Source: Heteronotia binoei (taxonomy: Eukaryota). Taken from it: a stretch of DNA of 64,000 bases. The stretch spans positions 54,684,001 to 54,748,000 of the forward strand of contig NC_083225.1 of NCBI RefSeq assembly GCF_032191835.1, in the 5' to 3' direction. The position numbers were made by a program, and so were the translations under genes. The notes below the pieces were generated by a model. It was not told the DNA's origin. It made no database searches and worked only from the letters and a program-made list of their open reading frames with translations. Of the stretch, positions 14,947 to 24,969 are shown piece by piece (positions within the stretch are counted from its first letter, which is position 1; every line of letters starts with the position of its first letter).

Positions 14947-15062
14947 AAGGCTTTTTTGGAGCAGGAACACAGAGGAACACAGTTCCAGCTGGCTTGGCAT
15001 CAGGGGGTGTGGCCTAATATGCAAATGAGCTCCTGCTTGGCTTTTTCTGCAAAAAAGCCCTG
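14947..15062. mobile_element. Short MITE with GGCTTTTTT...AAAAAAGCCC termini
   Basis: Related copies at ~16126-16245 and ~27183-27330; all contain ATGCAAAT/ATTTGCAT. Confidence 0.7.
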
Positions 15063-17333
15063 TGTGAAACAATGGTGACATCAGGGGGTGTGGCCTAATG
15101 TGCAAATGAGATCCTGTTCATGTATATCGTTTGCTCTCTCATTATGTATTTATTCAACACTTAATAGCTTGGAGCAACATTGTGTTTGAGTTGACACAGG
15201 GTAATATGAAAGTTCTGCCTGTCTTGATTAATCTGATAGTGGAGTCATATGTGAAGAACCATCAACAACTGATGAAGGTCCCTCTGAAAACTGACAGTAA
15301 GGCTGTTAGGCTTCTCCCATACAGGGGCATAGCCTGAATCAGTAGAAGAATCAATTTTATGCTTTAATACACAGGGTGTTACGTACTGTAAATGGTTTTT
15401 ATTTTATTTTGCTAATACTTTTAATAAAAATTTTCTGGATATTCATTTCTCCATATTTATTGTCAACAAGTTTTCTTGTAGTGTTTATTGAGCTTTTATT
15501 TAGGTTTTTTTTTTAGTGAATCTTCATAGTACGGTGAGATAATAAAAAGCAGACAGATAGTCTATATAAAATGACAAGAAAACATAATGGCTTTCTGAAA
15601 TGAAATATACCAGTTAGATGAAAATAGCTTGAGTGAAGTTGACAAATAAAACTTTTTGATTGGACTTTAAGCTAAAACATAGCCAGTAAATACTACACTG
15701 TCTTAGGGTAGATTTATTTGCTTACATACTAGTAGTTTTATTTAAAGAAATATATTCATGTATCTAAATTTTTTTACTGCATGAATTTGCATTTCTGTTG
15801 CATTAATCTGCATAATCTATAGCAAATTGCGTTCAGTAGTGTGGAAATTCTAGAACAAGTTCAATTAGAAAGAACTGATTTGAACAGAGCTGCCATTACC
15901 CACTTTTACGTGCCTGTGTAATAGGAATGGTTTAGTAGGAATGGTTTATTTCTTGCTGGCGGAACAAGGTTTTAGAGAAATAGGTGGCAATACAGCTAAA
16001 AGTACTTCTTTATAGATAGGCAGTAAATTTTCTGATAATTTCAGCCTCGATTAACCTCAGACATTGTGCTGAGATTGCCCTTGTTAAAGTGAATACAGAA
16101 TTTTAGGGTGTTTTGTGGAAAGATCCAAGGCTTTTTTTTAAAAGCAGGAACGCATAGGAACGCAGTTCCAGCTGGGTTGGCATCAGGTGGTGTGGCCTAA
16201 TATGCAAATGAGTTCCTGCTGGGCTTTTTCTACAAAAAAAGCCCTTGAGAGATCATTCAGGATTTGTAGTCTTACCTGGCATTTATCGTATTAATAGGGA
16301 AAAATCAGCGTCCTATGATTACTCCACCCCCCCACAGCAGATCATAAATTATACTATATAAATGGAGGGGGGACTTCATACTTTCTATTATCTTTCATTT
16401 AGCATTTATTCTAAAAAGCTATATATAAATGTGATTGGATAGCTTAAAGATTCACACTAGAAATAACTCTTTTTAAAATGGATGTCAGTTAATGTGTTTT
16501 GGGGGGGGGGGTAAACTGTTGTTTCTTAAAGATGAAATGTATTTTGGGAGATTCAAAATACCTGTTATCTGTTACTTTGGCTTGTCCTATTAGTAGAACA
16601 GGTTTAACCTGCTTTGCTTATTAATATAGCAACTGCCTTTTCAGAGGCTTTTTGCTAAGCTTATGATACCGCAGAAGAGATGGACAGGCAGCCTATCTCT
16701 AGCCAACACTTCCACAATCACTGCCAGCAGGCATCTCCAATGCTCTAATGAAGCATACAAAAAAAAGTATAGGAAGAAGCGTTTCCCATCCCATGATCAG
16801 CATATTTAACTGCACAATATGCTTGTGATCTGCATAAGCTTCAGAAAACCCTGGATGTATTTTCTCAGCTTAAAATAAGAAAGTATTTATTAAGAATGCC
16901 ATGTACTTGTTTTAAAAAGAAGTTACATTTGTTTATTGTATCCTCCTTCGGGTTTTATTTGTAATTTCCTCAATATACAGTGTAATCCTAATAACACTTT
17001 CATGGGAGTAAGGTCACTGAATTTAGTAGGATTCTGAATAGAACTGTTTAGGATTGATCTCTTATAGTGCAATTCTAAACAGTTTTAGTGCCATCTAAGT
17101 TTGATGAAGTGAATAGGAGAGTGCAACTTTGTTTTAGATTGCACAATGTATATATTTATTTCTGATCCTCAGTCAAAATTTGGGAGGCTGTTAAGTGTTT
17201 GTTAACTATATATATTTGTTGCTTTTGAACATAAACCACTAAGGACTATCCTTCAATATGTTAACCATTTAAAAATCATTATACACATCCGAAAGATTCA
17301 AATACTTTTTTGTTGTTTTCTGTTATGTTCTAG

Positions 17334-17397
17334 GCCACACAACGTGGAATACTTTATGCAAGAAGCTAAAAGGAAGAAGCATAAAGCAGATGCAATG
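17334..17397 (+). CDS. AFF3: AFF3 coding exon 5 of window
   Basis: ttctag / GTGAGA; PHNVEYFMQEAKRKKHKADAM, start of the AFF C-terminal homology domain. Confidence 0.95.
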
Positions 17398-17602
17398 GTG
17401 AGAACATATGAGTTTCAGATAAGTTATTTCAGATTATTTGTATAATGCCACTTGTTCACTGGGTAAATTTAACTGTAATTTTAAAATCTTTATAAATAAT
17501 AATAGTTTAAAGTAACATTATTTTTTTTTAAGTATGATTTAAAAAAAACTAGTCTGTTGCTTGTAATGTAATTTGGAGAGGAGAGTTACTGTTGGTATAA
17601 TT

Positions 17603-17892
17603 TTTTTTAAAAGGTAGTCCTCTGTGCAAGCACTGGTCGTTTCCAACTCTGGGGTAATGTCGCATCACGACTTTTTCACAGCAGACTTTTTTCACGGTGG
17701 TTTGCCATTGCCTTCCCCAGTCATCTACACTTTCCCCCCAGCAAGCTGAGTACTCATTTTACTGACCTCGGAAGAATGAAAGGCTGAGTCAACCTTGAGC
17801 TGGCTACCTGAACCCAGCTTCCGCTGGGATCGAACTCAGGTCATGAACAGAGAGCTTGGACCGCAGTACTGCAGCTTTACCATGGGGCAACT
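17603..17892 (-). mobile_element. Sauria SINE
   Basis: Recognisable Sauria SINE body (TTTGCCATTGCCTTCCCCAG...GGCTGAGTCAACCTTGAG); 13-bp TSD TGTTGGTATAATT at 17590 and 17893. Confidence 0.85.
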
Positions 17893-19122
17893 TGTTGGTA
17901 TAATTATCAGTTAGAATAAATAATCAGCTCAAAGCTTTGGCTATGTATCCCTGAACCCATATAACATTCCAGGTACTGCTGTTCCCCCTACACCACAGAC
18001 CCTGTTAAGGTTGCCAATTCCCAGTTAGGGGCAGGGAATCCTTCAATTTGGAGGCTCTCTCCCCTCTTCAGGATTATCATAAAAGAGGGGAGGAAATGTC
18101 TGCTGGGCACTCCATTATTCCCTATGGAGATTGATTCCTATAGGGTACAATGGAGAATTGATCTGTATGTATCTGGTTTTTTTTGAGATAGAGGTTGCAT
18201 ATTTTCAGCATAGCATCCAATGCCTCTCCTCAAAACACCCCCCAAGTTTCAAAAAGATTGGACCACGGGTCCAATTCTGTGGGCCCCAAAAGAAGGTGCC
18301 CCTATCCTTCATTATTTACAAATGGAGGGGAGGCATTTAAAAGGCACACAGTCCTTTTAAATGTGATTTCCAGAACTCCCTTTGGAGTTTAGTCATGCTT
18401 GTCACACCCTTGCTCCTGGCTCCACCCTCGAAGTCCCCAGATATTTCTTGAGTCATATACCCATGCCCTCATAAAATCTTTTGGCCAAGATTGTTGTGTT
18501 CTTTCTTTATGTTTTTCACTCTCTTTCTCTCTGATAAGACTTTTGTGCTGTTGTTGAGAACACAGACTAGATGTAACAACAGCTTTTTGCCATTACAATA
18601 TTTTTACTCTCAAATAGCCAGAGAGAATTCAAAATCTTGCACTCTGTCAGATATCTGCTATCGTACCAATACACAGGGTGAAAAATATTTCCAGCCTTCT
18701 AACGACTTTTCCTGTGCACAAGACCTAAATAATGTTGTTAAATACTGCTATAGAAAAGAATGATTTGAAGCACATTTGTTCTGAACTTTGGATGAAAACT
18801 TTGCATACAATGTCTGTATCATACCTCTTATTTATTGACTTCTGAGAACTAAAAGCTTGCACATTGCATAGTGGAAGATGCCCTCTACTAGAGGCTACAT
18901 TTCTCTTTGCACATATTTTTATCTGGTTTAATTCCTGTTAAATTTTCTTATTTTTAGTCTGCATTTCAGTCTTTGGTAAATACTGCTTTTCTGTTATTTC
19001 CTCTTCATTGGCATATAATCTCCTCCCACAGCAATAGCAAAAAATGTTTCAGAATCTATAATTGTTTCATATAAAAAAGGTTTGCATTCACCCAGCTAAG
19101 ATATGTCCAACTTTTTTTCTAA

Positions 19123-19317
<195 letters not shown>

Positions 19318-19470
19318 TAAGAATTTCATGAATATGCTGACTGACTGGATCTTATGTCTATGTAGTTATGCCTCTATCAAACACATGTTTGAATACTTGT
19401 AAACATGGACAGACATTACAATTATAGAATTTCGAGATGGTAATCTATGATAATTATAGAAACCCTAGAT

Positions 19471-19605
19471 CAGGGATGGCCAACGGTAGCTCTCCAGATG
19501 TTTTTGCCTACAACTCCCATCAGCCCCAGCCAGCATGGCCAATGGCTGGGGCTGATGGGAGTTGTAGACAAAAAACATCTGGAGAGCTACCGTTGGCCAC
19601 CCCTG
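19471..19605. mobile_element. 135-bp hairpin hAT MITE
   Basis: Nearly fully self-complementary CAGGG...CCCTG; TSD CCCTAGAT / CCCTTGAT (7/8). Confidence 0.85.
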
Positions 19606-19635
19606 CCCTTGATTGTTAGGTTTACTCCATCACAT

Positions 19636-19860
19636 GCCCAGATCAGGATGGCCAGAACTAGTGCAATTTCATCAGATCATGGAAGCTAAGCAGGGTTGGT
19701 CCTGGTTAGTACTAAAATGGGAGACAGCCATGGGAGACAAAGTCCAGGGTCACTGCACAGAGGCAGGCAATGGCAAACCACCTCTGAATATTGCTTGCTT
19801 TGAAAACTCTATAGGGGGTACCATGTTGGCTGTGACTTGACAGCACTTTCCAACACCACC
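19636..19860 (+). mobile_element. 5S rRNA-derived SINE
   Basis: GATC..GGAAGCTAAGCAGGG..CCTGGTTAGTACT..ATGGGAGAC (5S-like head) followed by a non-5S body. Related heads lie on - at 6573-6657 and 47361-47475. Confidence 0.75.
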
Positions 19861-20366
19861 AATCCATCACCAGAAGACCCCAAATTTTCAGAAAAAATTG
19901 AAATCTAAATAATAATATAGAGGGGTTAACCGCCCCCCCCCCCAGTAATAGAAGCAGTACCTGTACTTGTAAGAAATTAGTGCCCTTTGAGATCTCAGTA
20001 ACCATTGTGGGGTTGCTGTGCAACCAGTGTCAGTCTTCAAACCTTGGTTTCTTACTAGGGTGACCATAATGTCTGAAGGCCAGCCAGGGACACCTGGGGG
20101 GGGGAAGGTAGGGGTGTGCGCGCGTGCCGCCGGAAACAGGAAGTGACGTCACTTCCGGTGACGTCACTTCCGGTGATGTCATGCCACCGCCGGAAGCAGG
20201 AAGTGACACCACTTCCTGTGACATCATTTCCCCGCGTCACCTTCCTCTGACATCACTTCCCCCAAATGACATCATTTCCCCCAAATGCCACTGCCGGAAA
20301 CAGGAAGTGACTTCACAGCACTTCCTGTGACGTCCCCAAAAATCCCCCAAATATCACCGCCAGAAA

Positions 20367-21274
20367 CAATTTTGTTCTCAAATCCTGTATATACTTCATC
20401 AGTATATGGGATAAGGCACTTTCTCAACTGTGCTGCATAATGCAGCCTATTTATTTTGTCCTGTTTGCTCTGTTGGCTCTATCTGCGCCACCTTCATCAC
20501 TTTCGGGGTGTGGATCCCCCAGTGGGGTGGTCTCCCGACTCCCTCCGCTGGCTGTTTCTGATAGCCCTGCGCCCCCTCTTTCATTTGATATGTGTCCCGT
20601 GCGGGTGCCACCCTCCTGCCGGGAGATGCCGCAAAATGAGCCCCCTTGAGGCTTATGGCGGCAGGGCTCGGGGGAAGCGAGCTAGACTGCTGTTCTTTTG
20701 AGGGGTTATAGAGTGTTTCGAGCCCGTCCCTGTGGCATCGGTCTCATCGTTGTGGGACCCAGGGGGCCGGCGCAGCGGCCCGCCGAAGCAGCCTGTCACT
20801 AATAACACAGGTCGAGATGTAGGACAGGAACCCGGAAGTGACCGACAGGCTGCTTCAGCAGGCCGCTGCGCCGGCCCCCTGGGCCCTACAACGATGGGAC
20901 CGATGCCACAGGGACGGGCTCGAAACACTCTATAACCCCTCAAAAGAACAGCAGTCTAGCTCGCTTCCCCCGAGCCCTGCCGCCATAAGCCTCAAGGGGG
21001 CTCATTTTGCTGCATCTCCCGGTGGGAGGGTGGCACCCGCACGGGACACATATCAAATGAAAGAGGGGGCGCAGGGCTATCAGAAACAGCCAGCGGAGGG
21101 AGTCGGGAGACCACCCCACTGGGGGATCCGCACCCCGAAAGTGATGAAGGTGGCGCAGATAGAGCCAACAGAGCAAACAGGACAAAATAAATAGGCTGCA
21201 TTATGCAGCACAGTTGAGAAAGTGCCTTATCCCATATACTGATTAAGTAAATACAGGATCTGAGAACAAAATTG
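20367..21274. repeat. Long inverted repeat: 431-bp arms, 46-bp spacer
   Basis: 20367-20797 is the near-perfect reverse complement of 20844-21274; the ORF track shows mirror ORFs. Confidence 0.97.
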
Positions 21275-21416
21275 CACCAGAAGACACAAACACAAAGCTC
21301 CCTTACACTGAATCAGTGCTTGGGTCCACCAAAGTCAGTATTGTCCACTCCAGTCACAAACACAAAGCTCCCTTACACTGAATCAGTGCTTGGGTCCACC
21401 AAAGTCAGTATTGTCA

Positions 21417-22440
21417 CATAAGAACATAAGAGAAGCCATGTTGGATCAGGCCAATGGCCCATCCAGTCCAACACTCTGCATCACATAAGAACATAAGAGA
21501 AGCCCTGTTGGATCAGGCCAGTGGCCCATCCAGTCCAACACTCTGCGTCACATAAGAACATAAGAGAAGCCCTGTTGGATCAGGCCAGTGGCCCATCCAG
21601 TCCAACACTCTGCGTCAGATAAGAACATAAGAGAAGCCCTGTTGGATCAGGCCAGTGGCCCATCCAGTCCAACACTCTGCGTCACATAAGAACATAAGAG
21701 AAGCCCTGTTGGATCAGGCCAGTGGCCCATCCAGTCCAACACTCTGCGTCACATAAGAACATAAGAGAAGCCCTGTTGGATCAGGCCAGTGGCCCATCCA
21801 GTCCAACACTCTGCGTCACATAAGAACATAAGAGAAGCCCTGTTGGATCAGGCCAGTGGCCCATCCAGTCCAACACTCTGCATCACATAAGAACATAAGA
21901 GAAGCCCTGTTGGATCAGGCCAGTGGCCCATCCAGTCCAACACTCTGCGTCACATAAGAACATAAGAGAAGCCCTATTGGATCAGGCCAGTGGCCCATCC
22001 AGTCCAACACTCTGCGTCACATAAGAACATAACAGAAGCCCTGTTGTATCAGGCCAGTGGCCCATCCAGTCCAACACTCTGCGTCACATAAGAACATAAG
22101 AGAAGCCCTGTTGTATCAGGGCAGTGGCCCATCCAGTCCAACACTCTGCGTCACATAAGAACATAAGAGAAGCCCTGTTGGATCAGGCCAGTGGCCCATC
22201 CAGTCCAACACTCTGCGTCACATAAGAACATAAGAGAAGCCCTGTTGGATCAGGCCAGTGGCCCATCCAGTCCAACACTCTGCGTCACATAAGAACATAA
22301 GAGAAGCCCTGTTGGATCAGGCCAGTGGCCCATCCAGTCCAACACTCTGCGTCACATAAGAACATAACAGAAGCCCTGTTGGATCAGGCCAGTGGCCCCT
22401 CCAGTCCAACACTCTGCGTCACATAAAAACATAAGAGAAG
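21417..22440 (-). repeat. 67-bp tandem array (15 full copies + partial) derived from the CR1 3' end
   Basis: Exact 67-bp period; the unit's reverse complement matches CR1 4728-4794 at 61/67. Confidence 0.95.
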
Positions 22441-23225
22441 GCTCTGGAAGTCCTTCCGGGACCAGCGCCGGGTGCCCCGCGGCCTCCCCGCGGCCTCCGC
22501 TGGTCCCTGGAGGCCCTCCAGAGTCTCTGGACGGCCTCCAGGGACCAGCGGAGGCCGCGGGGAAGCCTTCGCTGGCAGGCGCTGGTCCCGGAAGGCCTTC
22601 CAGAGGCTCTGGAAGGCCTTCCGGGACCAGCGCCAGGTGCCCCGCGGCCTCCCCGCGGCCTCCGCTGGTCCCTGGAGGCCCTCCAGAGACTCTGGAGGGC
22701 CTCCAGGGACCAGCGGAGGCCGCGGGGAAGCCTTCGCTGGCCGGCACTGGTCCCGGAAGGCCTTCCAGAGGCTCTGGAAGACCTTCCGGGACCAGCGCCG
22801 GGTGCCCCGCGGCCTCCCCGCGGCCTCCGCTGGTCCCTGGAGGCCCTCCAGAGACTTTGGAGGGCCTCCAGGGACCAGCGGAGGCCGCGGGGAGGCCTTC
22901 GCTGGCCGGCGCTGGTCCCGGAAGGCCTTCCAGAGGCTCTGGAAGGCCTTCCGGGACCAGCGCCGGGTGCCCCGCGGCCTCCCCGCGGCCTCCGCTGGTC
23001 CCTGGAGGCCCTCCAGAGACTCTTGAGGGCCTCCAGGGACCAGCGGAGGCCGCGGGGAAGCCTTCGCTGGCCGGCGCTGGTCCCGGAAGGACTTCCAGAG
23101 GCTCTGGAAGGCCTTCCGGGACCAGCGCCGGGTGCCCCGCGGCCTCTCCGCGGCCTCCGCTGGTCACTGGAGGCCCTCCAGAGTCTCTGGAGGGCTTCTA
23201 GCGACTAGCGGAGGCCACGGAGAGG
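22441..23225. repeat. GC-rich 165-bp tandem array (~4.7 copies) built of palindromes
   Basis: Units start at 22441, 22606, 22771, 22936 and 23101. Each has an internal hairpin and one spanning the unit junction. Confidence 0.95.
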
Positions 23226-24897
23226 CCTCCACCACTGCCGCCGGGCCCCGCGTGCGGGCGGGGAAGGCGGCGAGTGAGGGAGGGAGCGTCCCTGCGCGTG
23301 CGCAGGGACGATCCCTCCCTCACTCGCCGCCTTCCCCGCCGGCGCCCGCGGCCCACCGCCTCCGGGGCTGGCTAAACCGGGACCTTTAATGGTCCCGGTA
23401 TAGCAGCCCGGGAGCCGGGATTGGGTGGCCAGAACCGGGAATGTCCCGGGAGACCGGGACGGTCTGGCCACCCTATTTCTTACAGTAAGAGGCAGGGAGA
23501 GAGCTCTTTCTAGGTCTATTTTGGCCTCTCAGTTTAGCCTTGCTCCCCTCCCTCGTACCCTAAGAAAAGGATTCATCAAGGCCAGGGCCAGCAGAAACCA
23601 CCAGGTAACTTGCTGCCATGCAATTTGTGCAACTCATCCAGTGGCTGCCAGATGACTTGATGTCACAGTATTGATCTAGGCCCAGCAGCAGCCTCCATGC
23701 AACTTGCCCAACTTGGCCAGGCCTGGCAGTGGCCACCATGCAACTCACCTGAACAACATGCTATGATACAAGTTTTACAACTTTGCCAAAGTTTTTCTAG
23801 GAAGAGGCTTCCAAAAGGAGAGGAGGAAAAGCTGAGCCACTATGGTGTAGTGATTATAGCATTAGACTAGATCTGAAACATCCAGGTTCAAATCCTTTCT
23901 ATGCCATGGAAGCTCACTGGGTAATCTAGGGCCTTCATGTCTCTCTCTCTCAGCCTCATCTACCTCACAGGTTGTGAGCATAAAATGGAGGACAGGAAAA
24001 TGATGTAAGCTGAAGTGAATAAAAATAAAGCTGAAGAATGTGGGGTAAAAAACATATTGGTGAGTTCATAGGCTAGAAGGAAGCAGGGAAAGAGGAAAGG
24101 ACAGGCTATGGAGGCTGCCGGGAAGACAGAAAGAGGAAACAGTGTGGGGAAGGGGATAAAGAAGGAAAGGAAGTGACCACTGCAAGTCCTTGCAGGTTCC
24201 CACTTGTAAACTACCCAATAAGAACTCTGGGTAGTTTGCATTAATTCAAAACAAAAAAAAAATTGTACCTGTGGTCATGCCCCATAATCAGTGGTGGCTC
24301 AAAAGCAGATGCCCCACTCCGAAAGTTGCCCCCCATCCTCAGCCCATCTCTGTCCCAGTAACCCATGTGTCTTGAAACACAGCACAGTGAGCCGTGCATG
24401 CACAATAAGGCGTCTTTAAAACTGTCACATCTTGTGAAGTGCAAGAATTAAGGTGATGAAGAGGAAAGCCAGTAAGACATAACAAAACAAATGTAACAGA
24501 ACAAAAATGTAGAGGCCCGGTCAAGGCTTGGTGGTGGAATAAAGGGGGGGGGGGGAAATGGCACAATTTAGCTAAACAAACAATACAGACACAAAAGGAA
24601 ACAGAAAAGTAAAAAATATGAATGATTATTATTCTCTTCTGTAAGACAGTCTCTGTGTTACTGAATTGCTTTCTAAAAGCGTTATTGTACCAGAATTATG
24701 CTGGGCAGGCAGCCAGACATTGGAGTGGCAGTGCTGAAAGCGTTAGCATTCAAAGGGGAGTGAAAAAAAGCATAAATGTGATAATAAAAGAGGATAGATG
24801 TGATGATCTGAGTCCTCAGCTGACACTTAGTAGAAGAATGTTTTGCTGTTAACACTTGTCGACCTGATTTGCTAACCCTTTTCTTGCTCTTTTGAAG

Positions 24898-24969
24898 GTA
24901 TGCTGTAAGGCTAAAAACCCATTCGGGCCCTAATGCTACTTCAGAAGAAAAACAGTTAGCTGCATTATG
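24898..24969 (+). CDS. AFF3: AFF3 coding exon 7 of window
   Basis: ttgaag / GTTAGT; YAVRLKTHSGPNATSEEKQLAAL(C). Confidence 0.95.

Larger units (their letters stand above)
20056..23475. mobile_element. 3.4-kb composite non-autonomous hAT-type DNA transposon
   Basis: TIR TAGGGTGACCA / TGGCCACCCTA; perfect 8-bp TSD TTTCTTAC at 20048-20055 and 23476-23483; no transposase. Confidence 0.88.

Noticed and set aside
20440-21201. Pairs of nearly identical ORFs on opposite strands
   Set aside because: They are the two arms of the palindrome.
21417-22440. CRISPR-like regular repeat
   Set aside because: Units are contiguous with no unique spacers, derive from a CR1 3' end, and sit in a vertebrate intron.
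22352-23201. 270-aa Pro/Gly/Ala-rich ORFs on both strands
   Set aside because: Produced by a stop-poor GC-rich 165-bp (55-codon) repeat; no splice or homology support.
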